DNA from: an uncultured bacterium
GTDB taxonomy: Bacteria > CSSED10-310 > CAZUFC01
Assembly (NCBI GenBank): GCA_964619725.1
Contig: CAZUFC010000006.1
Location: 32,001 to 96,000, forward strand
Direction: 5' to 3'
Length of the DNA stretch: 64,000 nucleotides
Below are positions 1 to 8,411 of the stretch, in pieces. The notes under the pieces are model-generated. The model saw nothing but the letters and a program-made list of their open reading frames with translations, was not told where the DNA came from and searched no databases. Every line of letters begins with the position of its first letter. The stretch's first letter is position 1. A program made the position numbers and the translations under genes.

Positions 1-87
1 CCGATTCGGTTTGCCGCCTTTTGAACTATGGGTAGCGCTGTTGATTTTATGTTGCGGAAGAACGAGCGGAGAAGGAGGAATAAAGCC

Positions 88-549
88 TTGTTGAATATCT
101 TCGTGGACGCAGATGCCTGTCCTGTAAAGAAAGAAGTTTTTCGCGTCGCCGGACGTTATGGACTGAAGGTTATTTTGGCTGCGGCATCCTGGATGAGAAT
201 ACCGAAGGACCCGCTTATTACGCTTGAGGTTATTGAAGCTGGATTCGACGCGGTTGATGACTGGATTGTGAAGCATGTCGAAGAGGATGATATTGTGGTG
301 ACGGCCGATATTCTGCTTGCAGATCGCTGTTTAAAGAAGGGGGCTCGCTCCATAGGGACGACCGGGAAACCTTTCACCGAAGACAATATAGGCGCTGCCG
401 TCGCTATGCGCAATCTTCTGGCGGAATTCCGGAGCGCGGGTGAGATAACGGGCGGACCGTCGCCGATAAAAAAACGGGACAGATCACGTTTTCTGGAAAA
501 ACTGGATGAAACGGTTCGGTCGATTCGCCGCAAGCATGATATGGAATAG
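88..549 (+). CDS. yaiI: YaiI/YqxD (UPF0178) family protein
   Basis: IFVDADACPVK, DAVDDWI, DIVVTADILLA and GGP motifs; AGGAGG at 73-78 favours a TTG start at 88 (or 91) over 28. Confidence 0.85.
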   Translation: MLNIFVDADACPVKKEVFRVAGRYGLKVILAAASWMRIPKDPLITLEVIEAGFDAVDDWIVKHVEEDDIVVTADILLADRCLKKGARSIGTTGKPFTEDNIGAAVAMRNLLAEFRSAGEITGGPSPIKKRDRSRFLEKLDETVRSIRRKHDME

Positions 550-610
550 ACTGTAACCGCTGAAGAGCCGCTGTCGATGATATCAGAAAACAAGTCTCAA
601 GCAGGCGTTT

Positions 611-1393
611 TCATTTTTGCATTTTAAGTTTTAAATCTTTTTGAAGGATATTTTTGAATCGTGTTGCGCTGATGGGATGATCAGCCAGAAGCCGGCCTTC
701 ATAAATCAGGCAAAAAGTCCCGGAAGGCGAAGGCATTATTTGACGCGCTTCAGCCGGGGTTTTCAATTCAACGAGTTCGAGATGAACGCCGTGTTTTTCG
801 GCCATGGGCGGCAGCTCTCGGACGGCCTTACCGATATAGGGGCATTGACCGGCGTAAAGCAGCTTTAAACCGCTGAAACGGGACAGCCTCTCTTTCCAGT
901 TTTGAGGAAACGCCGGCGTTTTATAATTTCCCGTCCTTTTAACCAGCAATTGATAGTGCGGTTCTGCTTTATCGACCTGCTCGAAACCTGTTTTGACGAA
1001 AATATCCCCGGAAGCCATCCATGGACCGTCGCTGCTTACTACTGCTACGCCCTTTTTACCGGTCTTTTCAGCATCTTTAAAACAATCTTCCAGTAACACG
1101 GCTGCCAGGCCTTCTGTTTCGAATTTTTTCGATTTCGTCCATATGCAATGGATAATGAAGTAACCGGGTGCCTCAACGACTCGCCAGGAATATTCCGCAG
1201 GAACGTATTCCAAAAAACCAGTGGGCTTTCCTCCGGGATCGACGATTAATTTAATGCGCAGTCCCTCTTCAAAGCGTGTCTTCAACCATTCCGCCTTGGT
1301 CGTGTAACCGGGATGTTTTTTGTTTTTAACGCAGAATAATCCCAGTTTCTCGAAATTGGAAGAATCAACCCTCATTATTTTAAATTCAGCCAT
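611..1393 (-). CDS. GNAT-family acetyltransferase with YoaP-like C-terminal domain
   Basis: WLK.RF.EGL, GFLEYVPAEYSWR, IHCIW, QCPY, then ARQIMPSP.GTFCLIYEGR. Confidence 0.8.
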   Translation of the reverse strand: MAEFKIMRVDSSNFEKLGLFCVKNKKHPGYTTKAEWLKTRFEEGLRIKLIVDPGGKPTGFLEYVPAEYSWRVVEAPGYFIIHCIWTKSKKFETEGLAAVLLEDCFKDAEKTGKKGVAVVSSDGPWMASGDIFVKTGFEQVDKAEPHYQLLVKRTGNYKTPAFPQNWKERLSRFSGLKLLYAGQCPYIGKAVRELPPMAEKHGVHLELVELKTPAEARQIMPSPSGTFCLIYEGRLLADHPISATRFKNILQKDLKLKMQK

Positions 1394-1696
1394 AGTCCTT
1401 CTTCAAGTTAAAAGGAATCATACTCCATCCAAACATTAACTTCAAATTTTCAGCAACTTTGGCGTAAATCAGGATCGCCGAACGTTAAAGGTACAAACGA
1501 TGAAGGTTCCGTCTTTAAAAGGCTTTGAGCCTTGCGTCGCCTGGAGGGCGAAAACCAATACATTGATAAGGATTGGAGGGGCGCTGAACGCAGTAACAGG
1601 CCAATTCCTCTACAGAATAGGGCTCCGCTTGACTGGTTTTTTAATAGTGCAGTAGAAATCCTCCGATATGTGGAATTATGTCCTGCCCAATTATTC

Positions 1697-1862
1697 GGGA
1701 CTGATCAAGCCGGGGTTACAATTCTTTCAAAACTTTTGACAATTTGTGTCGACATCGCAATCGGTATCGGGGTCGGTATCGCAATCGTGATCGAAATCGA
1801 AACAAAATGACAGACGATTCTGTCGCATTGTAACCTCAAAAGAGGCTTTTTTGATCAATGCC
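1697..1862 (+). mobile_element. MITE copy 1 (166 bp) with 8-bp target-site duplication
   Basis: Ends GGGACTGATCAA ... TTGATCAATGCC; inner GGTTACAAT/ATTGTAACC inverted repeat; AATTATTC at 1689-1696 and 1863-1870; homologous to 6805-6965 and 19025-19177. Confidence 0.85.
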
Positions 1863-1892
1863 AATTATTCAACTACCAGAGAGGATTTGACT

Positions 1893-1926
1893 GATAATCA
1901 AATCAGTCCCCGTTGATTTGATTATC
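1893..1926. promoter_or_regulatory. Perfect 13-bp inverted repeat (operator or hairpin)
   Basis: GATAATCAAATCA-GTCCCCGT-TGATTTGATTATC, about 65 bp upstream of the 1993 start. Confidence 0.45.
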
Positions 1927-1992
1927 CGGGAGGAATAAGTTTAAATGAAAGAGAGTTCTGGCGCTTGAACTTTATCAGGAGATAAACGGCTG

Positions 1993-4155
1993 ATGATCAG
2001 AAAAAGCATCATATTATTTCTCTTTTTGTTGTTGAGTAGACCTGTCGATGTTTTCGCGGAATACGTCATAACGTATATCCGGGATGGGGCATTGTGGGTG
2101 CGGGGCGGAACGGGGGATTCGGTTCGTGTTGTGTGGCAGGATTATTATGGCGGAGACCGCAGCGTAAATTACATATATTTTCAGGGGCCAGACGGCAGCG
2201 TATTGGACAGGATATTCCTGGATTACAATGATCCCGGCGGTGAGGTGATTTACGATTTGAATGAGGGTTTTGGGGATTACCGGATCGAATTTCCAGGATA
2301 TTTTTACAGAATAGCGCAGGTGACGGCTCAAGGGGCTGCTCAGCTTGTTTTCGAGCCGGCATGCGGTCACAGAGCCTATCATCCTAACGGCGTTCCCCTG
2401 TATTTCAACGTTCCGTCGGGATTATTATCTTTTACATTGTGCGGCAAATACAATATCGGCACGACCGGGATCAGGCTTTACCGTCCTGACGGCGAGTATT
2501 ACGACACGTTGATGCTTGTCGATGATCCGGCGACGCTGTATTTCGACAGGATGGAAGTGAATGATCCGGAGGCTGGAACCTGGCGGATTGAATTTGAAGG
2601 CGACGGAAAAGTCGGGTTCTGGCTTGACGGAGCGCCGAATTATTTTGCGCCGGCGGCGGAAAGTTTGTTTGAGCCTGAACCGTCGCCGGGAACCGCGGTT
2701 TTTGAGGGCGAAGGAGAAACCGGAGAAATGGGACTAATCGGAGCGTCTCTCGTCAACCTCGGTTATCCCGATGAAATATTTGAGAACATCGAGTATATGG
2801 GCCTGGAAACATTTAACTACTACAACAACATATACTGGCGAGAACCTTACAATCCCTCATTTCCTTTCGGCGGAGACAATGATGATCCGCATCTGTTCGA
2901 CTGGTCCTGGTATGTCTGGGACGATGCACGCATTTCCTGGTACCGGGAGGACCTGGGAGCGCAGATCAGCAGCCTGTTCGATGCGAAAGAGAGTTGGCTG
3001 GGCCCGCCGTTAGAGTCCTGGCAGCAGGAGGAATTCGCAGAGTTTGCGCTGGCTTATCTCATTCACGCCAATGCAGACCAGCAATATGGGATGAAATGGT
3101 TTTCTCCCTGGGACGAACCCAATCTCAGCGTTTTCACTTATGAAGAATATGAAGCGCTCTTGTTGGAAATGGCCGGAAGAATCAAAGACCCGGCGAATCC
3201 TCCTGAAGTGATTAATACTCCATTAATGGCCGTCAGCAGTTCGGGATGGGAAAATTGCAATACCGGTCCGGAAAGGATAGGACGGCTCTGGGCGGAAAAC
3301 CTCTATTTCAATTATGATCACCTGGTGGACGGCATAGCCTTCGATCACTGGGAGTTTCGCGACCTGATCGAATCCTGGCGTTTCGGCAATTCCGTGAACA
3401 TCGCGGCTGACATCATCAGAGCCAACGACACGGACGGCGACGCGGACGAAGAAATCGTCATCAATCAAACCAGCATGAGTTCCGGGAGCGGCTCCAGCGC
3501 CTATGACGTAAATTCTCATTTCAGCGCTTTATGGCTTACGGGTGCGATCTGCAGTGCCTTCAGCAAAGCAGAACTGGATGCATTTCATTATTTCACGACC
3601 GTAGACGACAACCGGCATATGAAAGGTCTGATGTATTCAGAGAATCCGCCTGAACCCCTGCCCTATCGACCGCAGGCCCAACCTTACCAGTTGAAACCCA
3701 TGGGGCATGCCATGGCCATGATAAATGAAGCAGTTCTAGATGAAATACTCATTACGGAATCGGATTCAGTGGAAGTCAATGCCCTGCTTACGACCGATGA
3801 AACAAATACTTCCGCCGCGCTCATAGCCGTCAACAAATTTCCGCGTATCAATCTGCTCATTCTCGACGCTGTATTACCAGCGGAAATGAAGAACAAATGT
3901 TATAAGGTTACCGGAGAATGCCTGGGGCCTCAGGATGAATCCCCCGAACCTCTGCAGGATTCATTGGCAATCTGCGCTGACGATACGCTCCATTTTGAAT
4001 ATGAACTCAATCCGGAAACAGTTTACGCGTTCAGGTTTTCAATTTTTACGCCAGAATTGCCGGCAATGCGAAAAGAAGCGGCCATTCCGGTCATTATATG
4101 TTTTTCCATTGGAATAAGGACGTTCTGTCGGCGGCGAAAGACGATCAAGCCATAA
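1993..4155 (+). CDS. Secreted GH-A clan (GH39-like) glycoside hydrolase-like protein with C-terminal membrane anchor
   Basis: Signal peptide; WFSPWDEPN acid/base motif; DGIAFDHW; ALWL...AF; beta-sandwich-like C-terminal part; LPAM-hydrophobic-RRRK tail. Confidence 0.55.
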   Translation: MIRKSIILFLFLLLSRPVDVFAEYVITYIRDGALWVRGGTGDSVRVVWQDYYGGDRSVNYIYFQGPDGSVLDRIFLDYNDPGGEVIYDLNEGFGDYRIEFPGYFYRIAQVTAQGAAQLVFEPACGHRAYHPNGVPLYFNVPSGLLSFTLCGKYNIGTTGIRLYRPDGEYYDTLMLVDDPATLYFDRMEVNDPEAGTWRIEFEGDGKVGFWLDGAPNYFAPAAESLFEPEPSPGTAVFEGEGETGEMGLIGASLVNLGYPDEIFENIEYMGLETFNYYNNIYWREPYNPSFPFGGDNDDPHLFDWSWYVWDDARISWYREDLGAQISSLFDAKESWLGPPLESWQQEEFAEFALAYLIHANADQQYGMKWFSPWDEPNLSVFTYEEYEALLLEMAGRIKDPANPPEVINTPLMAVSSSGWENCNTGPERIGRLWAENLYFNYDHLVDGIAFDHWEFRDLIESWRFGNSVNIAADIIRANDTDGDADEEIVINQTSMSSGSGSSAYDVNSHFSALWLTGAICSAFSKAELDAFHYFTTVDDNRHMKGLMYSENPPEPLPYRPQAQPYQLKPMGHAMAMINEAVLDEILITESDSVEVNALLTTDETNTSAALIAVNKFPRINLLILDAVLPAEMKNKCYKVTGECLGPQDESPEPLQDSLAICADDTLHFEYELNPETVYAFRFSIFTPELPAMRKEAAIPVIICFSIGIRTFCRRRKTIKP

Positions 4156-4276
4156 TACATTAAGAAATAAGGAAAAAGTAACGGAAAAACAAAGATTTTC
4201 ATATCTGCTTAATCAAAGGCCGGCCGACTTTTTGACCGCACTTTTCAGACAAGTTTAAACATTGAAAACGACTATT

Positions 4277-4324
4277 TCCTTATCCGTATTCACTCAATCC
4301 TTATCCGTATTCACTCAATCCTTA
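4277..4324. repeat. 21-bp tandem duplication (2.3 copies)
   Basis: TCCTTATCCGTATTCACTCAA x2 plus TCCTTA, directly before TTGACA. Confidence 0.9.
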
Positions 4325-4483
4325 ATTTGACATTTCAATCCATTCGATTAAAAAGAAAAGAGTCGGTGAAAAGTATCCCGGCGATTATTGTTCTGCCTTT
4401 ATTGCGTTGAAGGTATGAAAAGCGGGATTTATTGGCCTGTATTCAAATGATTTTCTGGAAATTTTAATGAAAGGATTCAAAGA

Positions 4484-6766
4484 ATGAAACGATCTATTTT
4501 ATTTATCTGTGCGGCAGCAGCGCTGGCCTTTATTTCTGATGTGAGGGGCGCCGTGCCTCGTCAGATAAGTTATCAGGGTCATTTAACCGATTCGGTGAGC
4601 GGCGAGCCTCTGGACGGAACGTTCAATTTTCATTTTTCATTGTATGATGCGGATATCGGCGGGACGCTGTTGTGGAGTGAGACGCAGCCTGATGTCGATG
4701 TCGATCAGGGCGTATTTCATGTTATTTTAGGCGCTTCCGTGCCGTTTCCTTCGGAATTGCATTTTGACGAGACGTATTGGCTTGAGATAGGCATAGACGA
4801 CGGCGCGAATCCCGTGGAAATTTTAGAGCCGAGGCAACAACTGACCAGCGCGGGTCAGGCTTTGGAAGCTGCCGACGTTTATGACCAGGATATTCATCCG
4901 CGAAGCCTGGGTATAACGGGATATGAAAAAGGTATGGTAATAAATGAATACGGCGAATGGACAGGACCGCCGACAGGATTGACGGGTCCTACCGGTCCTG
5001 CAGGTCCGCAAGGCGATACAGGTCTCATAGGTCCTCAAGGATACACGGGACCCATCGGCCCGCAGGGGCAAACCGGTCCGACAGGTCCCCAGGGCGATAC
5101 AGGTGCAGCGGGAGCTGATGGCGAAACTGGTCCTGTCGGTCCGCAAGGGGATACAGGATTCATCGGTCCCCAAGGGTTCACTGGTCCTGCCGGTCCTCAA
5201 GGCGACACGGGTTACGTCGGCCCCCAGGGCGAAACCGGTCCCACCGGCCCTCAAGGTCAAACCGGTCCCGCCGGTCCTCAGGGCGATACCGGACCGACAG
5301 GCGCCGTCGGCGACACTGGCCCTGTCGGTCCACGAGGGGACACGGGGCAAACAGGCCCTCATGGCGAAACCGGCCCCACCGGCCCTCAAGGTCAAACCGG
5401 TCCCGTCGGTCCTCAAGGCGACACGGGGCCTGTCGGCGGTAATGACGGGCAGTTAATTTATAACGACGCCGGCAACGCCGCCGGAGCCGAAATATACTAC
5501 GACAAGACGACCGGATATGTGGGAGTGGGAACGACTAATCCTCTTGAGCTTTTGCATGTTGGCGGTTCGATAGAGGCTGCCGGGCGTCTGACTTTATTGG
5601 AAGGCGGTTTCAGCAATCCGTCCGTCCGTTTCGTCGATGCAACCGACGGCACAGGCGGAGTCGTCGGAATGAGCGATTCGGATAATGCGCTTCGACTGGA
5701 AGGGGGCAGCGACACGACGAACGGGGCCTGGATCAGTCTTTACGGATCGGAAGTCGTCACTCCTGCAGATATGGCGGGCGGCATACTTTTCAACGGAACG
5801 GAAGAAGACAGTAAATTTGTTTTCCGGATGAACGGCGATACGGACGATTACCTTCAATTTTCAGTCGAGAGCGGATTGCCGCACATCAGGGCGATCGGAC
5901 TGGGGACCTCATCATCGCACCGTTTGACTTTCGGATTTGATGTTCACGAAGCCTTCATGGGTTTGAGACCGACTTCAACCGACGGCATCCAGCTTAGATT
6001 AGGGACTGCAGAGGACGGCATAACCGGCGGCAGCTCCTGTGCCTTAATGCTGTGGGCGCACGGCGACGAAAGTACGACCCGACCAGGAGAAGTGGATATC
6101 TACGGCAGCGGCGTTCCGGTAAACATCATCGCAAACGGCGATCAGAGCGATTATTTCCAGTTCAGGCAGGACAGTGAAGGATTGCCCAGCATAAAGGTGC
6201 ATTCTCACACCAGCGCAGAACAAATGTCGATTGAATCCGTCAGCGGAAGCATGTACCTGAAATTAAAATCCGCCGCGCCGACAGGATTCGCTTCCATTTC
6301 ATTCTGGGACGGCGACGGCAATACCTCAAGCATAGGACAGAATTCTGTCGATTCAATGTATGTTAACTCTTTCAGCAATATAATAATCAAAACAAACGGC
6401 GGAACCGACCGCTGGCTGTTTGAGACCGACGGAGATTTTATCCCTTATCTGAACAGGGAATACGACATAGGATCGTCTGGTGCGCGCGTCGACAATATAT
6501 ATTGCGATGAAATATACGCCAATACCTGCTGCGATTATGTTTTCGATGACGATTACGAACTGAGGAGCCTGGCGGAAGTGAAAGAACACATCCTGTCGAA
6601 TGGAAGACTACCGGAAATCGACGATGATGTGTCGATAAACGATTTGCTGAAAAAGGTTGAAGAACTGACTCTTTATACTTTGCAGCAGAGTGAGAAAATA
6701 GATGAACTGGTACGGGACAGGGATGAATTGAGGTTGCGGATTAGAGAGCTTGAAAGACGGATGTGA
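4484..6766 (+). CDS. Secreted collagen-like fibre protein with tail-fibre/S74-chaperone-like C-terminus
   Basis: Signal peptide; ISYQG.LTD...LWSE...PRQQLTS N-domain; about 51 Gly-X-Y triplets; [18 protein letters not shown]...[11 protein letters not shown] and a terminal coiled coil. Confidence 0.8.
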   Translation: MKRSILFICAAAALAFISDVRGAVPRQISYQGHLTDSVSGEPLDGTFNFHFSLYDADIGGTLLWSETQPDVDVDQGVFHVILGASVPFPSELHFDETYWLEIGIDDGANPVEILEPRQQLTSAGQALEAADVYDQDIHPRSLGITGYEKGMVINEYGEWTGPPTGLTGPTGPAGPQGDTGLIGPQGYTGPIGPQGQTGPTGPQGDTGAAGADGETGPVGPQGDTGFIGPQGFTGPAGPQGDTGYVGPQGETGPTGPQGQTGPAGPQGDTGPTGAVGDTGPVGPRGDTGQTGPHGETGPTGPQGQTGPVGPQGDTGPVGGNDGQLIYNDAGNAAGAEIYYDKTTGYVGVGTTNPLELLHVGGSIEAAGRLTLLEGGFSNPSVRFVDATDGTGGVVGMSDSDNALRLEGGSDTTNGAWISLYGSEVVTPADMAGGILFNGTEEDSKFVFRMNGDTDDYLQFSVESGLPHIRAIGLGTSSSHRLTFGFDVHEAFMGLRPTSTDGIQLRLGTAEDGITGGSSCALMLWAHGDESTTRPGEVDIYGSGVPVNIIANGDQSDYFQFRQDSEGLPSIKVHSHTSAEQMSIESVSGSMYLKLKSAAPTGFASISFWDGDGNTSSIGQNSVDSMYVNSFSNIIIKTNGGTDRWLFETDGDFIPYLNREYDIGSSGARVDNIYCDEIYANTCCDYVFDDDYELRSLAEVKEHILSNGRLPEIDDDVSINDLLKKVEELTLYTLQQSEKIDELVRDRDELRLRIRELERRM
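4976..5430 (+). repeat. Collagen Gly-X-Y repeat (nonapeptide GPQ-GxT-Gxx periodicity)
   Basis: Uninterrupted G-X-Y from GLT to GPV in the translation. Confidence 0.95.
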
Positions 6767-6804
6767 AAAGCCGTTCAGGGATGACGACATAATTAATCTT
6801 TAAT

Positions 6805-6965
6805 GGAACCGATCAACCCGGCGTTACGCTTTTTTCAAAATTTTCGTCAGTTTGTTTCAGTAATCGGGATCGGGATTTGTATCTGGATAGCAATCGCAAT
6901 CGAAACAAAATGCTGGGATATTCTGAAAAAGTGTAACCTCAAAAGACGCAGTTTTGATGAATGCC
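6805..6965 (+). mobile_element. MITE copy 2 (161 bp, diverged)
   Basis: GGAACCGATCAA ... TGTAACCTCAAAAGA ... TTGATGAATGCC; 7 hexamer units; no target-site duplication retained. Confidence 0.8.
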
Positions 6966-7057
6966 GAGAATTTTGTTAGAATGAATATCGTGAATCGACT
7001 TTTGTCCCGGAAGGCAATGCCGAGAATTCACGAATCAGCCGTTATTGGGGCAGGAAA

Positions 7058-7258
7058 ATGATGGAAGAGAAAATGCGGAAAGACAGGTTGGATGTAGTTG
7101 ATCTGAAGGACGCTGACGGTTCTGATTACTGGCTCGAAAGGCCTCCTATTGAAAGAATAGAGGCGATTGAGTTTATGAGAAGGGTTATGTACGGTCATGA
7201 TCGAGTTTCCCGAAGACTTCAGAGAGTTCTTACAGTTGTTGAACTCAAAAGAAATTGA
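7058..7258 (+). CDS. Small protein overlapping the nucleotidyltransferase (putative TA-like partner)
   Basis: YWL.RPP.ERIEAIE.MR...RLQRV pattern, recognised as the short gene usually found before this NTase family; AGGA SD. Confidence 0.6.
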   Translation: MMEEKMRKDRLDVVDLKDADGSDYWLERPPIERIEAIEFMRRVMYGHDRVSRRLQRVLTVVELKRN

Positions 7259-7661
7259 ATATCTGGTCATCGGAGGATATGCCGTCGGATATCACGGATA
7301 CCCGCGATCTACCGGCGACCTGGATATCTGGACCGCCGTGAGCGACTCGAATGCCGGAAAATTGGTTAAGGCGTTAAAAGAATTCGGATTCAGCGTCCCG
7401 GAACTCCGAAAGGAATTGTTTTTGGAGGAACGAAAAATAATAAGAATGGGTATACCGCCTATGCGCCTGGAAATCGTCACGGGTATAGACGGGATAACCT
7501 TTGAACAAAGTTATAAAAATCGGGTAATTGCGGATTTCGGAACTTTTAAGGTAAATTTTATTTCAAAGCCGGATTTGATGAAAAATAAGCGTGCGAGCGG
7601 CCGTCCCCAGGACCTTGTCGATTATGAGAAGCTGAGGGGTAAAGGAAAGAAATCGTCGTAA
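7197..7661 (+). CDS. Nucleotidyltransferase (minimal NTase / AbiEii-like fold)
   Basis: YLVIGGYAV..HGYPRSTGDLDIW and KRASGRPQDLVD motifs. Confidence 0.85.
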   Translation: MIEFPEDFREFLQLLNSKEIEYLVIGGYAVGYHGYPRSTGDLDIWTAVSDSNAGKLVKALKEFGFSVPELRKELFLEERKIIRMGIPPMRLEIVTGIDGITFEQSYKNRVIADFGTFKVNFISKPDLMKNKRASGRPQDLVDYEKLRGKGKKSS

Positions 7662-7752
7662 AGTTATTCAAGTTCAGGCGGTGATAAAAATATCCGGTTA
7701 TTTGAAAACAAAGACAGAGAATTATCAACCACGGATTCAATTCACCCATTTC

Positions 7753-8018
7753 TTATTCAGCAAAGACCTCAATGCGGAAGGAATAGCCCAATCTTCTGAG
7801 GAACCTCTCATAATCTTCCCAGGTTAACCCGAAGGCTTTCACATCAGCAACGCCGGACGACTTACGATATCGCGGATAGTCTCATAATTTTCGTCAGCGA
7901 ATTCTCCCTCCATCATAGCCTGCTCCGCCCAGTCAGTTAATTCGGAAATGGATAATTCATGGCGTAAATACCCCGTCAGCATGTCCGCCAGACTACGTGA
8001 CGTTATCTTTTTCATCAT
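7753..8018 (-). pseudogene. Frameshifted small hypothetical gene
   Basis: MMKKITSRSLADMLTGYLRHELSISELTDWAEQAMMEGEF...IVSR, then after a 1-nt loss near 7855 GVADVKAFGLTWEDYERFLRRLGY...; span 266 nt (3n+2); AGGAG SD. Confidence 0.7.
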
Positions 8019-8239
8019 TTCTCCTTGTTTATGCGCTTATGTCCCTTGTCTTCGGGATATTTCTGATGAAATTCGACTAATTCGCCATGATCGTCGTAAA
8101 TTTCCTGAAGGAAACGCACAGTCCGCTCATCTTCATCGACTTCTTTAACATAACGCTCTGTTCAATGCAAACGACCTTTTACATCATACCAGTAGCTTCT
8201 TCCCCCCTCAGGCAACTCAATCCAATGATCAAATTTCAC
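8015..8239 (-). pseudogene. Small hypothetical gene with internal stop, coupled to 7753-8018
   Basis: KFDHWIELPEGGRSYWYDVKGRLH*TERYVKEVDEDERTVRFLQEIYD...KYPEDKGH; TGA at 8162-8164; ATGA overlap with the next gene. Confidence 0.65.
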
Positions 8240-8411
8240 ATCTCCTGATATCGACTGACAAAAAATTGTGATATGAAATTGAAATCCCCGTCACACTTTG
8301 TTGTTTTTATCATCTTAGACAATTGAAGGTTGCTTTACTCGTTGATGGCGATAAAAAGAATTTTTCTCTTTTTTATCCCCTTGATATCATGTAAAAAAGG
8401 AGAGGAGGTTA

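Noticed and set aside
1532-1810. 92-aa ORF ending IAIGIGVGIAIVIEIE
   Set aside because: The hydrophobic tail is just the MITE hexamer array read in frame; no convincing start or family
4277-4324. Possible mini-CRISPR
   Set aside because: Repeats are adjacent with no spacers, and there are no cas genes
4823-5456. Alternative-frame ORFs over the collagen repeat
   Set aside because: Shadows of the GC-rich Gly-X-Y codon repeat
8162-8164. In-frame TGA as selenocysteine or alternative genetic code
   Set aside because: TGA ends many clear genes here (6766, 19004, 22257), and the partner gene is also broken, so a nonsense mutation is simpler
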